From assembly GCA_947259415.1 (NCBI GenBank), contig CAMYMI010000007.1, forward strand, positions 35,565-99,564: DNA of 64,000 nt. The letters are read 5' to 3'. The position numbers and the translations under genes are program-made. Shown here piece by piece: positions 10,134-20,047 of this stretch (positions are counted from its first letter, which is position 1; each line of letters starts with the position of its first letter). The DNA is from an uncultured Ectothiorhodospiraceae bacterium (lineage in GTDB: Bacteria; Pseudomonadota; Gammaproteobacteria; UBA9214). A model generated the notes under the pieces. The model was not told the DNA's origin. It did not search any database and saw nothing but the letters and a program-made list of their open reading frames with translations.

Positions 10134-10363
10134 GGTTCATCTCGCGGCTGGACTGGTCGAAGTGTATACGTCCGGGGTCGGTGAGATCAAAGCCTGCACT
10201 GCCCAGAACCGCCGCGAGAACAGCCCGGCAAAACGGAAGAGTCGGACTGGACGATGATCTATTGCGGGTATCGCTGGCTGCGGCTGCAGGCCCGCCTGAC
10301 GATTGTGTCCAGGGATTATCCTGATTTGCACATGTATAGACCGAAAAGGCCGGAATCGCCGGC

Positions 10364-11440
10364 TCACGTCATGTAATCGAAATGCACCCGGTTATTCACG
10401 CTACACAGGATTTCGTAGGCGATGGTGCCGGCACGTGCGGCGACATCATCAACCGGCAGGCCTTCACCCCAGAGCACGACTTCATCACCGATGCCGGCGT
10501 CCGGCTGCGACCTCAGATCAATGCAGATCATGTCCATGGATACGCGTCCGATTATTGATGTGCGTTTCCCGTTGACCAGCACCGGCATACCACTGGGCGC
10601 ATGACGCGGGTAGCCATCACCGTAGCCGATGGCTGCAACACCAACATTCATGGCCTCCGGACACACCCAGTCGCCGCCATAACCGACGGCATCTCCGGCC
10701 TGATGCCGGTTTACGGCAATTAACCGGGTAGCCAGGGTCATCACCGGTCGTAGGCCCAGTTCATCGGCCGTTCTGTTGAGCAGTGGCGATGCACCGTAGA
10801 GCATGATCCCGGGACGCACCCAGTCGAGCCGGGTATCGGGCCAGGCCAGCAGCGCCGCGGAGTTGGCCAGGGAACGCTCGCCATGCAGGCCCTGCGTGGC
10901 CTCCATGAAGCGATTCAGCTGAAGGCTGGTGTAGTCGTTCTCCGGGTCATCGGCACAGGCGAGATGTGACATCAGGCGCAGATTGCCGATACCGTCGAGT
11001 CGTGCGAGGCGACCGATCACGCTGGAGACGTCGGCCGGCGCGAAACCGAGACGGTTCATCCCGGTGTCGATCTTGAGCCAGACATCCAGCGTCCCGGCAG
11101 GTGGTGTCCGCTCCAGCAAATCGATCTGACTGGAATGATGCAGCACCACATCCAGGCCATATCCGCTGACCAGCGGGAAATCATCGGCCCCGAAGAAGCC
11201 TTCGAGTAACACGATACGGCTGTCAAAGCCGGCCTCCCGCAGTGCAATCGCCTCATCCAGGGTTACGACCCCGAAGGCATCGGCCGCCGCCAGGGCACGC
11301 CCCACATCGACCAGCCCATGACCATAGCCATTGGCCTTGATGATGGCCATCACCCGACTCCCGGATGCTGCCTGTTGTATACGCTGGAAGTTGTGCTGCA
11401 GGGCCGACAGATCAATGCGCGCCCGTGCGGGTCGCGTCAT
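10364..11440 (-). CDS. alr: alanine racemase
   Basis: PLP-lysine motif AIIKANGYGHG; 358 aa; downstream of dnaB as in Pseudomonas. Confidence 0.9.
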   Translation of the reverse strand: MTRPARARIDLSALQHNFQRIQQAASGSRVMAIIKANGYGHGLVDVGRALAAADAFGVVTLDEAIALREAGFDSRIVLLEGFFGADDFPLVSGYGLDVVLHHSSQIDLLERTPPAGTLDVWLKIDTGMNRLGFAPADVSSVIGRLARLDGIGNLRLMSHLACADDPENDYTSLQLNRFMEATQGLHGERSLANSAALLAWPDTRLDWVRPGIMLYGASPLLNRTADELGLRPVMTLATRLIAVNRHQAGDAVGYGGDWVCPEAMNVGVAAIGYGDGYPRHAPSGMPVLVNGKRTSIIGRVSMDMICIDLRSQPDAGIGDEVVLWGEGLPVDDVAARAGTIAYEILCSVNNRVHFDYMT

Positions 11441-12834
11441 GCAAAGTCCCCGCCGGGATAGGTGTCTTCGGCGTAATTCTCGAAGCGGGTGAACTGGCCG
11501 CGGAACGTCAGGTGGCAGGTGCCGATGGGTCCGTTTCGCTGCTTGCCGATAATGACCTCGGCCATTCCCTTTTGCGGACTGTCCTCGTTGTAGACCTCAT
11601 CGCGGTAGATAAAGATGATCACATCGGCGTCCTGCTCAATGGCCCCCGACTCACGCAGGTCCGACATCACCGGACGCTTGTCGGTGCGCTGTTCTAGACC
11701 ACGGTTCAACTGCGACAGCGCAATCACCGGGACATTGAGTTCCTTTGCCAGCGCCTTCAGGTTGCGGGATATCTCGGAGATCTCTGTCGCACGGTTCTCG
11801 CGCGTGTTGGCCACCTGCATCAGCTGCAGGTAATCAATTATGATCATGCCGATGTCGTGCTCGCGCTTGAGCCGCCGGGCGCGGGCGCGCATCTCGGTCG
11901 GTGAGAGTGCCGGCGTGTCATCGATAAACAGCGGCGCCGTGTCCAGCAGGCTGACAGCGGAAGTCAGGCGCGGCCAGTCGTCATCCTGCAGCTTGCCGGT
12001 CCGGATCTTGTGCTGATCGATATGGCCCAGGGAGGACATCATGCGCAAGGCCAGCTGCTCTCCCGGCATTTCCATACTGAAGATGGCCACCGGGATTTGA
12101 TGACGGATGGCCGCATTCTCGGCGAAGTTCATTGCCAGTGTGGTCTTGCCCATCGAGGGCCGGCCGGCCACGATGACCAGGTCTGAAGGCTGCAGCCCGG
12201 CCGTCTTGGTATCAAGATCGGCGAACCCGGTGGGCACACCGGTGATTGGATCATCCTGCTGGAACAGCTGGTCGATACGGTCGACCGCAGCACTTAACAG
12301 GCTGCGGATATTCCTGAAGCCGCGCTGTCCGCGCTTGCCACGCTCGGCGATATCGAAGACCTTCTGCTCTGCAGTAGCCAGCAGTTCACTGGAAGAGCGG
12401 CCTTCGGTCACAAAGGCACTGCCGGCGATTTCGTTGCCGACAGAAATCAGCTGGCGCAATACCGAGTGCTCACGCACGATATCCGCATAGGCCTGGATAT
12501 TGGCCGCTGTCGGGGTGTTCTGTACCAGCGCACCGAGTGCGGCCAGCCCCCCTGCCTCCTCCAGCAACTGGTTCTGTTCCAGCCATTCCGAAAGCGTGAC
12601 GGCATCGAACGGGCTGTGCCTGTCTGCCAGCTGGGTGATGGCGCGAAAGATCAGGCGGTGATTGCGGCGGTAAAAGTCCTCCTCGGTGACGCGGTCGGCC
12701 ACCTTGTCCCAGGCGTTGTTGTCGAGCATCAGCCCGCCCAGCACCGCCTGTTCCGCCTGCAGTGAATGCGGCGGCACCTTCAGTGCATCGGTTTCTACTT
12801 GAATAGGTTCTGCGGAACGAAGGGACTCAGCCAT
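11437..12834 (-). CDS. dnaB: replicative DNA helicase DnaB
   Basis: DnaB N-terminal domain and RecA-like core with GRPSMGKTT P-loop. Confidence 0.95.
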   Translation of the reverse strand: MAESLRSAEPIQVETDALKVPPHSLQAEQAVLGGLMLDNNAWDKVADRVTEEDFYRRNHRLIFRAITQLADRHSPFDAVTLSEWLEQNQLLEEAGGLAALGALVQNTPTAANIQAYADIVREHSVLRQLISVGNEIAGSAFVTEGRSSSELLATAEQKVFDIAERGKRGQRGFRNIRSLLSAAVDRIDQLFQQDDPITGVPTGFADLDTKTAGLQPSDLVIVAGRPSMGKTTLAMNFAENAAIRHQIPVAIFSMEMPGEQLALRMMSSLGHIDQHKIRTGKLQDDDWPRLTSAVSLLDTAPLFIDDTPALSPTEMRARARRLKREHDIGMIIIDYLQLMQVANTRENRATEISEISRNLKALAKELNVPVIALSQLNRGLEQRTDKRPVMSDLRESGAIEQDADVIIFIYRDEVYNEDSPQKGMAEVIIGKQRNGPIGTCHLTFRGQFTRFENYAEDTYPGGDFA

Positions 12835-12961
12835 GAGCAGGTATCTGGTATTGCGGCCGCGCTGTCGCGTGTATATACATCAGAAAATAAATAGCACAAA
12901 GCGGTGCTAAAGAGAATCTTGTTTTACTGCCTGATTTATGCGTCTCGTTATCGAGTGTTTC

Positions 12962-12997
12962 AGTAATAAAACGGGCCGTCGAATCCGATAGCCCGTT
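12962..12997 (-). terminator. intrinsic terminator downstream of rplI
   Basis: Stem aacgggc/gcccgtt (7 bp) with a 13-nt loop, followed on the minus strand by TTTATTACTG. Confidence 0.5.
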
Positions 12998-13044
12998 AGC
13001 TCCTCATTACAACAGCTTGCAATGAATGCCTGAGACAGAATTTA

Positions 13045-13491
13045 CTATTCCGCTTCAATCACCAGTTTGATCACCACATTGACATCAGTGTACAGATGGA
13101 GCTCAACATCGTATTCGCCGATCTGCCGGAAGGCGCCCATGGGCAGTCGGATTTCATTGCGTTCAACAACCACCCCGGCCTCCCCGATGGCATGCGCGAT
13201 ATCCGCAGTACCGATGGAACCGAACAGCTTGCCCTCTTCGCCGGCCTTGGCCTTGATGGTAATGGTCGTGTCGGCCAGCTGGGCACGCCGCGCCTCGGCG
13301 GCCCCCAGTGCATCGGCTGCCACCTTCTCGAGTTCTGCCCTTCGAGCCTCGAACTCGGCAATGTTCTCTGGTGTTGCGGGTGCGGCCTTGCCTTTGGGAA
13401 TCAGGAAATTACGACCATAGCCGGGCTTTACCTTGACACGGTCACCCAGGGCACCCAGGTTCTCAATTTTCTCTAGCAGAATGACTTCCAT
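13045..13491 (-). CDS. rplI: 50S ribosomal protein L9
   Basis: [32 protein letters not shown]... canonical L9. Confidence 0.95.
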   Translation of the reverse strand: MEVILLEKIENLGALGDRVKVKPGYGRNFLIPKGKAAPATPENIAEFEARRAELEKVAADALGAAEARRAQLADTTITIKAKAGEEGKLFGSIGTADIAHAIGEAGVVVERNEIRLPMGAFRQIGEYDVELHLYTDVNVVIKLVIEAE

Positions 13492-13527
13492 CGTAACAAC
13501 CTCTTGCTAATTGCTAATCTCTGTCAG

Positions 13528-14460
13528 TTATTTATCTGGTTTGCTGCCGGCCCTGCCCAGGCGTCGGCGAAAATCAATCCAGGTATCCAGTAAACCACCA
13601 CCGGCCAGCAACAGGGTAGCCTGTGGCAGTATCGCGAGCATGATATAGACCGCGATCAGCCAACCGCTGCCGCGACCGGTCTGCGCGACCAGGCCGTGCA
13701 CCACGGCCAACCCCACAAACAGGTACGGCACCAGCAGCACCATGGCTGACTGCGCCGCCATGTCACTGGCGACGCCCTCGGTAAACTGGGCGACGAGCAT
13801 CAAACCCAGTGTTACTACCCCGGCACCCTGGCCCAGCCGCAGGTCGATGAACTCGCTGCGCAGCCCACCCGGGTTAACCAGCAGCGACTGCCACCAGCGT
13901 CCCAGCAGTACACTGCAGATGGTACTGAGCACCAGTGATGCCAGCACTATCCCGCTCAGCAGCCGGGACAGCTCCTGCAGCAGGTCCTGTGCCGGCATCC
14001 CCTGCAGGAACAGTCCGGCCGCCTCAAGCTCGGCCTCGAACGACTGCAGGCGCTCCAGCCACCATGGCGCCGGATCACCGGCCAGCCCATAGACCAGCAT
14101 CAGTACAACGAATCCCAGTGCGGCTGCCGTGAGCATGGCGCTGGCCAGATTTACCGTCTGCCGCAGCACCACACTGACCAGCCAGCACGGCAACCACAAC
14201 AGCAACACCATGACGGCGACAGTTGCCGCCTGCGTCCCCGCCGCCAGGTAGAACAGCACCGTCAGGAGCGTTGCAACGATCAGTACCTGCAAACCCTGGG
14301 TGACACCGATCCTCAGAGTCACCAGGGCAACCACCGCCGCTCCCAGGTAATGGATCAATGTCGTGAGGGGCGGCAGTGCAAATGCCAGCACCCCGCTCAG
14401 CGCCGCGACCAGGATCGCCTGGAAGCGTCCGCTGACAATATAACCGGCCAGTGCCTTCAT
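13528..14460 (-). CDS. conserved polytopic membrane protein between rpsR and rplI (as PA4933 in Pseudomonas)
   Basis: About 9 predicted TM helices; syntenic position in the rpsF-rpsR-X-rplI operon. Confidence 0.7.
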   Translation of the reverse strand: MKALAGYIVSGRFQAILVAALSGVLAFALPPLTTLIHYLGAAVVALVTLRIGVTQGLQVLIVATLLTVLFYLAAGTQAATVAVMVLLLWLPCWLVSVVLRQTVNLASAMLTAAALGFVVLMLVYGLAGDPAPWWLERLQSFEAELEAAGLFLQGMPAQDLLQELSRLLSGIVLASLVLSTICSVLLGRWWQSLLVNPGGLRSEFIDLRLGQGAGVVTLGLMLVAQFTEGVASDMAAQSAMVLLVPYLFVGLAVVHGLVAQTGRGSGWLIAVYIMLAILPQATLLLAGGGLLDTWIDFRRRLGRAGSKPDK

Positions 14461-14518
14461 GCCTTCTGTACCCTGGCCAGGACACAGTCAATCAGTCCGG
14501 CTGCGCCTGGTCAGACAA

Positions 14519-14743
14519 TCAATGCGAGTCGCAGTAAGGCAGCAGGGCCAGGTAGCGTGCCCGCTTGATGGCCGTTGACAGCTGGCGCTGATAGCGGGCC
14601 TTGGTCCCCGTGATACGGCTGGGTACGATCTTGCCGGTCTCGGTGATGTATTGCCTGAGCAGATTGATATCCTTGTAATCAATCTCCTTGATGCCTTCGG
14701 CGGTGAACTTGCAGAACTTGCGACGACGAAAATAACGAGCCAT
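14519..14743 (-). CDS. rpsR: 30S ribosomal protein S18
   Basis: [17 protein letters not shown]... canonical S18. Confidence 0.95.
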   Translation of the reverse strand: MARYFRRRKFCKFTAEGIKEIDYKDINLLRQYITETGKIVPSRITGTKARYQRQLSTAIKRARYLALLPYCDSH

Positions 14744-14776
14744 TTATTGCACCTTTTGAAATCTTTTAATCAAGAA

Positions 14777-15232
14777 TTATTCGGGGTTTGCCGGGGTTTC
14801 CTCAGCCACCGCTTCAGCGGCGGCCTGGCCTCCCTCGGCGACCGGTTCCTTAGCGACAGTTTCTTCACCTCGGATACTCTCATCCCGGGTTTCGTCGCGC
14901 TCGCGCTTTTCCTCGGGCTTCTTCATCAGCGGTGAAGACTCGGTCTTGGCCTCCTTTTGACTGATGACCATGTTTCTCAGCACGGCGTCATTGAAGCGGA
15001 AGGCACTGGTCAGCTCCTCGAGGGTTGCGGTGCCGCACTCGATATTCATCAGCACGTAATGCGCCTTGTGCAATTTCTGGATCGGATAGGCCAGTTGGCG
15101 ACGGCCCCAGTCTTCCAGGCGATGTACGGTACCACCATCGGACTCGATGGTCGCGCGGTAGCGATCAATCATGGCGGGTACTTGTTCACTCTGGTCAGGG
15201 TGGACCAGAAACACGACTTCGTAGTGTCTCAT
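14777..15232 (-). CDS. rpsF: 30S ribosomal protein S6
   Basis: [19 protein letters not shown]... S6 with acidic C-terminal tail; start taken at the internal Met of the ORF 14777..15271; no priB between rpsF and rpsR. Confidence 0.9.
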   Translation of the reverse strand: MRHYEVVFLVHPDQSEQVPAMIDRYRATIESDGGTVHRLEDWGRRQLAYPIQKLHKAHYVLMNIECGTATLEELTSAFRFNDAVLRNMVISQKEAKTESSPLMKKPEEKRERDETRDESIRGEETVAKEPVAEGGQAAAEAVAEETPANPE

Positions 15233-15416
15233 ACAGACCCCTTGTGGATGTGAAGCCTTCTGTCGGTGCAAAAGGCAAGGAGTTAAGAATCAGATTGTTA
15301 GAGGCCGCGCATTCTACGTGAGGCATCTGCGGGATGCAATCACCCTGCCTATCTCTGATCACGAGACACAAGATCACAGGCAGACCGTTCCTCAGGCCTG
15401 AAATTCAAGTCTCACC

Positions 15417-15590
15417 GCAGAGACGCGCGGACGCAGAGACAGGCAAGTACATGTTTTAATGAATGGGAGACAGGTTGACTTCAGATACTAGACTCTAGTT
15501 TATATAAAAGTTATATATTATTGATTTTACTGGTGTTTAGTCATATGTATATGTTTTTTATTGCTTCTCTGCGTCCTGGGCGTCTCGGCG
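15417..15590. repeat. ~23-nt imperfect inverted repeats flanking a 115-bp AT-rich core upstream of rpsF
   Basis: GCAGAGACGCGCGGACGCAGAGA (15423-15445) is nearly the reverse complement of TCTCTGCGTCCTGGGCGTCTCGGC (15561-15584); the core is about 25% GC and probably carries the rpsF promoter. Confidence 0.35.
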
Positions 15591-15604
15591 GTGAACATTC
15601 TTTG

Positions 15605-15697
15605 CGTCCTTTTTACCTCTCGGCAATTGCTCCCTGCATCACCTAAAGCGCCTACTTTTGGTGTTCTACCTCATCCTTCCCTGGAGTCGTGCGGTGA
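15605..15697. repeat. dispersed repeat, copy A (shares ~80 nt with 26440-26570)
   Basis: ctcggcaattgctccctgcatcacctaaagcgcctacttttggtgttctacc is near-identical to the copy at 26455-26512; contains a 9-bp stem / 7-nt loop hairpin; the copy overlaps the last 16 codons and stop of rlmB. Confidence 0.5.
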
Positions 15698-16452
15698 GGT
15701 TTGGTTTGGCTTCCGGTGGCCCGCTGGCGGCGCGTCTCGAACAGCAGCACCCCCGCGGCGACCGACACGTTGAGGCTCGCCACTTGCCCGGCCATGGGGA
15801 TCGCCACCAGGTAGTCGCAATGCTCGCGGGTAAGCCTCCTGAGGCCCTTGCCCTCCGCCCCGAGCACAAGCGCAAGCGGGCCAGTCAAGTCGGTGCCGTA
15901 GAGCTCGCCCTCCGCGGCATCACTGGCACCGTATATCCATATGCCGGCCTGCTTTAACAGACGCAGGGTGCGCGCCAGGTTGGTCACGCTGAATACCGGA
16001 ACCGACTCGGCCGCGCCACTGGCTACCTTGCGGACCACGGGAGTTATCCGCGCTGCCCGGTCACGCGGGACGATCAGTGCGTGCACCCCGGCCGCATCGG
16101 CAGTGCGCAAGCAGGCGCCCAGGTTGTGCGGGTCCTGGACCCCGTCAAGGACCAGCAGAAAGGCCGGCTCCTGCAGCGACTCGAGAAAGACCGGCAGGTC
16201 CTGTTCACGCGATTCATGCACAGCGTCACGCAGCGACGCGATCACGCCCTGATGGCTTGCATCCGGTAGCAACGCGTCCAGTTCACTGCGCGCTACACGC
16301 TTCACCGGAACGCCGGCCGCATCGGCCTGCTTGACGACCCGTGCGATGCGCCGGTCTTCCCGTCCCGCGGCCACCCTCAGTTGACTAACCCGCGCGGGGG
16401 CGTTAGCCAGCAGCCCTTCCACGGCGTGCAGGCCATAGACCAACTCGTTCAT
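15652..16452 (-). CDS. rlmB: 23S rRNA (guanosine2251-2'-O)-methyltransferase RlmB, with repeat-encoded C-terminal extension
   Basis: SpoU/TrmH fold preceded by an L30e-like N-domain; syntenic with rnr; the last 16 aa (KPHRTTPGKDEVEHQK) and the stop lie within repeat copy A. Confidence 0.85.
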   Translation of the reverse strand: MNELVYGLHAVEGLLANAPARVSQLRVAAGREDRRIARVVKQADAAGVPVKRVARSELDALLPDASHQGVIASLRDAVHESREQDLPVFLESLQEPAFLLVLDGVQDPHNLGACLRTADAAGVHALIVPRDRAARITPVVRKVASGAAESVPVFSVTNLARTLRLLKQAGIWIYGASDAAEGELYGTDLTGPLALVLGAEGKGLRRLTREHCDYLVAIPMAGQVASLNVSVAAGVLLFETRRQRATGSQTKPHRTTPGKDEVEHQK

Positions 16453-16481
16453 GTCATGCCACTGGTGCTGCGTGCCCGGCC

Positions 16482-17159
16482 TCAGGGTGCCTGGTAGGCG
16501 TCCTGCTCCTGACCTTCAACGACAGGCTTGACGATAAGTTCGACCCGACGGTTCAGCTGGCGTCCGGCCTCGGTCGCATTGGTGTCGCGCGGTTCGTGTT
16601 CACCGCGCCCTTCCGCTTGCAGACGGCCGTCCGGCACACCGCGGCTCGTCAGATAATTTGCGACACTACGTGCCCGGCGTTCCGACAGGTCCTGATTGTA
16701 GGCGTCGCTGCCGGTGCTGTCGGTGTGGCCGATGACATGGACAATGGAACGGTCATAGCGCACCAGGATATCTGCCACCTTGTCCAGGGTCGTCATGAAG
16801 GCCGGCTTGATCTCCGCCCGGTCAAAATCGAAGGAAACCTCGCTCGGGACGTTGAGTCTCAGGCTCTCGTCCTCCAGGCGTTCGATCTCGACATCATGGG
16901 CGTAACGTTCTTCCGCAAGGGCATCCTCGAATTCATTCTGCTGCTTGTCCATGTAATGCCCGACCGCCCCGCCGGCGATCGCCCCGGCAACCGCGCCGAC
17001 GTAACGGCCCGAGTCGTCATCGAGCTGGTGGCCGAGGACGGCTCCGACCACAGCGCCGACTGCCGCTCCCGTCTTGGTGCGCCGATTCGGGTCATCGGCC
17101 GCACAGCCATAGAGTGACACGACCAGCAATAAACATATGGCCTTTAATGAATGGTTCAT
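16482..17159 (-). CDS. OmpA-family lipoprotein with glycine-zipper N-region
   Basis: Lipobox LYGC, glycine-zipper GAVVGAVLG...GAIAGGAVG, C-terminal OmpA peptidoglycan-binding domain (HTDSTGSDAYNQDLSERRA); ATGA overlap with the rnr stop. Confidence 0.8.
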   Translation of the reverse strand: MNHSLKAICLLLVVSLYGCAADDPNRRTKTGAAVGAVVGAVLGHQLDDDSGRYVGAVAGAIAGGAVGHYMDKQQNEFEDALAEERYAHDVEIERLEDESLRLNVPSEVSFDFDRAEIKPAFMTTLDKVADILVRYDRSIVHVIGHTDSTGSDAYNQDLSERRARSVANYLTSRGVPDGRLQAEGRGEHEPRDTNATEAGRQLNRRVELIVKPVVEGQEQDAYQAP

Positions 17160-19420
17160 CTTGATTTCCTCCTCGTCTTGGCAGTGCGCCGTCCCTTCTT
17201 CTTCCTGCGTTTAGTTAAGACTGATTCCTGCTCTATCAGTTCAAAATCGATCTTGCGCTCGTCCAGGTTGACCTGCATCACCTTGACGGCGACCACATCA
17301 CCGAGGCGGTAGATGCGGTTGGTGCGCTCCCCGATCAGCCAGTGCCGCGCCGGGTCATAGTGGTAGTAGTCATTACCCAGCGCGGTGACATGCACCAGAC
17401 CTTCCACATAGATCTCCTGCAGTTCCACGAAGATCCCGAACGAAGTCACGCTGCTGATAATGCCCTTGTAGGACTCGCCGATCTTGTCGAGCATGTATTC
17501 GCACTTGAGCCAGTCGATGGCATCACGGGTCGCGTCGTCGGCACGCCGCTCGGTCATCGAACAGTGATCGCCGAAGGCCTGCATATCGGCATGGCCATAA
17601 TCAAACTGCGCCGCCTTTTCCCCGGAGAGGATGTGGCGGATAGCCCGGTGAACCAGCAGGTCCGGATAGCGCCTGATCGGTGAGGTGAAGTGTACATAGT
17701 TTTCGTGTGCCAGGCCGAAGTGCCCGATATTCTCGGGGTGGTATTCGGCGCGCGGCAGCGAGCGCAGCAGGACGGTATTGATGAGGTGTTCATCCGGCCG
17801 GCCGCGGACGGTATGCAGCAGGGTCGCGTAGTCCTTGGCCGTCGGCCGCAGGCGGCCACGCAGCGACAGCCCGAGCTCACCCAGGAACTCCTGCAGGCCC
17901 TCCACCTTATCGGAATCCGGCTGCGCATGGACCCGGAACAGGGCCGGCATCTTGTGGCGGATCAGGAAACGGGCCGCGGCCACATTGGCGGCAATCATGC
18001 ACTCCTCGATCAGCTTGTGGGCATCATTGCGCACCACGGGCACGATGCGCTCGATCTTGCGGTGTTCGCCGAAGACGATACGGGTCTCGGTAGTTTCGAA
18101 ATCGATAGCGCCGCGCTGCTCGCGCGCGTCACGCAGTACCCCGTACAAGCGGTACAGTTCCTCGAGATGGGGCACCAGTTCACGGTATTTTTCGCGGGTG
18201 TCTTCATCCTCATCGACCAGGATGGCCGCGGCCTGCTCATAGGTCAGGCGTGCATGCGAGCGCATCACGCCCTCGATGAAATTGGAGCGCGTGATCTTGC
18301 CCTGCGGGTTGATATGCATCTCGCAGACCATGCACAGACGGTCCACATCCGGGTTGAGGGAGCACAGCCCGTTCGACAGCACCTCGGGTAGCATCGGGAT
18401 CACGCGCTCGGGGAAATAGACGGAATTGCCGCGGTTCTCGGCCTCGCTGTCCAGTGCGGTATCGGTGCGCACATAATGCGAGACGTCGGCGATGGCGACG
18501 ATCAGGCGCCAACCGCCCGACTTGCGCTCACAGAAAACGGCATCATCGAAGTCGCGCGCATCCTTGCCGTCGATGGTGACCAGGGGAGTGGCGCGCAGGT
18601 CGGTGCGGCCCTGGCTGGCCTGTGCAGGGACCTCGCTGCCGAATTTGCCAATCTCCCTGTCAACGGCCTCCGGCCACTCCTGGGGCAGGTCGTGACTGCG
18701 GATGGCGATATCGATCTCCATCCCGGGCGCCATGTGCTCACCCAGCACCTCGACTACATGGCCGACCGGGATAGCGTGTTTGCCGGGTTGCTCAACAATC
18801 TCGACCGTGACAATCTGGCCGTGGGCCGCGCCACCGGTGTGTTTGTCGGGTACCCCGATGTCATGGGTGATGCGCTTGTTGTCCGGCACCACGGTATTGA
18901 TGCCGCTCTCACGGTAGAAACGCCCCACCACGCGCCGGGTATTGCGCTCCAGGACCTCGACAATGTTGCCTTCCAGGCGCCCGCGCCGGTCCTTGCCCGT
19001 GATCCGCACCATCACCCGGTCGTCATGAAACACGGTGTGCATCTGGCGGGCCGAGAGGTAAACGTCCTCGCCCTTCTCATCCGGGACCAGGAAACCAAAA
19101 CCGTCGGGGTGGGCAATGACCCGGCCCGGGATCAGGTCGAACTGATCGGCCTGCGCATAACAGCCACGCCGGTTGCGTACCAGCTGGCCGTCCCGGGTCA
19201 TTGCATTCAGACGCCGGCGCAGGGCCTCGGTGCCCTCCTCCGTGTTGATACCGAGAATCCCGGCCAGTCCCTCACGGTTGACCGGTACATCGGCCGCAGC
19301 GATGACCTCGATGATGTGTTCGCGACTTGCAATGGGTGATTCGTAGCGTTCCGCCTCGCGCCGGGCATGTGGGTCACGGCGGCGCAGACCAGTCGTTTTT
19401 CGTTTTCTGGTTTTCTTCAT
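17156..19420 (-). CDS. rnr: ribonuclease R
   Basis: RNB catalytic domain, cold-shock and S1 domains, Lys/Arg-rich tail; upstream of rlmB. Confidence 0.95.
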   Translation of the reverse strand: MKKTRKRKTTGLRRRDPHARREAERYESPIASREHIIEVIAAADVPVNREGLAGILGINTEEGTEALRRRLNAMTRDGQLVRNRRGCYAQADQFDLIPGRVIAHPDGFGFLVPDEKGEDVYLSARQMHTVFHDDRVMVRITGKDRRGRLEGNIVEVLERNTRRVVGRFYRESGINTVVPDNKRITHDIGVPDKHTGGAAHGQIVTVEIVEQPGKHAIPVGHVVEVLGEHMAPGMEIDIAIRSHDLPQEWPEAVDREIGKFGSEVPAQASQGRTDLRATPLVTIDGKDARDFDDAVFCERKSGGWRLIVAIADVSHYVRTDTALDSEAENRGNSVYFPERVIPMLPEVLSNGLCSLNPDVDRLCMVCEMHINPQGKITRSNFIEGVMRSHARLTYEQAAAILVDEDEDTREKYRELVPHLEELYRLYGVLRDAREQRGAIDFETTETRIVFGEHRKIERIVPVVRNDAHKLIEECMIAANVAAARFLIRHKMPALFRVHAQPDSDKVEGLQEFLGELGLSLRGRLRPTAKDYATLLHTVRGRPDEHLINTVLLRSLPRAEYHPENIGHFGLAHENYVHFTSPIRRYPDLLVHRAIRHILSGEKAAQFDYGHADMQAFGDHCSMTERRADDATRDAIDWLKCEYMLDKIGESYKGIISSVTSFGIFVELQEIYVEGLVHVTALGNDYYHYDPARHWLIGERTNRIYRLGDVVAVKVMQVNLDERKIDFELIEQESVLTKRRKKKGRRTAKTRRKSR

Positions 19421-19473
19421 CCGATCGGGCTTCTATTCACCTGTTAAACGGGTAGTGTGCGTGCCCCGGGGGC

Positions 19474-19508
19474 AAATTGACAAGCTATATATCAGCGGTT
19501 AGAGTTCG
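19474..19508 (+). promoter_or_regulatory. candidate sigma-70 promoter for tRNA-Leu
   Basis: TTGACA-N17-TAGAGT about 45 nt upstream of the tRNA 5' end. Confidence 0.3.
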
Positions 19509-19552
19509 CGCTCCCGGGATTTTTTCAGCATCTCCGGGAACGTAACAGCATG

Positions 19553-19639
19553 GCCGAGGTGGCGGAATTGGTAGACGCGCTAGCTTCAGGTGCTAGTGGG
19601 GGTAACCCCGTGGAGGTTCAAGTCCTCTCCTCGGCACCA
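19553..19639 (+). tRNA. tRNA-Leu (anticodon CAG)
   Basis: 87 nt, type II tRNA with long variable arm, anticodon loop cuUCAGgu, T-arm GGTTCAAGTCC, encoded CCA; occupies the same position as tRNA-Leu between rnr and purA in Pseudomonas. Confidence 0.9.
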
Positions 19640-19951
19640 TCTCCCCGGGTTCCCGCACAACATCCACCTTTTGCTACCGATATGCACAAAGTTGACAGGG
19701 CAGGCTCGGTCCGCGCGGACCTCTATCTTGCGGGGCCTGCGCTCCTTTCGCTTCGGGATATGCAGGGTCTGGACACACGCCTTCAGACTTGCCTTGATTA
19801 TATCTCCGTCCAGTTCCCGCTGAGGGAGAATCTGTGTTGGCAGCGGGACGAATGGGTGTCGGCATAGACTGCCTCCATGCCGTCGGGCATGGGAATACTC
19901 ACATCACCCTCGGTAGATAAGCGGAACGGATCCCCAGCCCCCGATCCAGCC

Positions 19952-19980
19952 AAAAAAAAGCACCAACCCGCGGGTTGGCG
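19952..19980 (-). terminator. intrinsic terminator for the 20048-20509 gene
   Basis: Stem ccaacc/ggttgg with tetraloop cgcg, followed on the minus strand by TTTTTTTT. Confidence 0.6.
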
Positions 19981-20047
19981 CCTGTGTTCTGGAAAAGCCG
20001 TATGGCCGGGGGCCCTCAGGGACGGCGCCGGTCGGCGTTGTTTGCTG

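Noticed and set aside
10137-10367. 76-aa Arg-rich ORF filling the alr-radA gap
   Set aside because: The composition looks like GC-rich noise (multiple RR, PA repeats); no start context or motif. More likely the radA promoter region.
14478-14490. 10-nt perfect palindrome CCTGGCCAGG between rpsR and the membrane protein gene
   Set aside because: Self-complementary without a loop and not followed by a T-tract. Probably incidental.
19640-19950. Degraded integrase or att site immediately 3' of tRNA-Leu
   Set aside because: The stretch is GC-rich and non-coding, but no tyrosine-recombinase-like translation appears in any frame and no copy of the tRNA 3' end was found near purA
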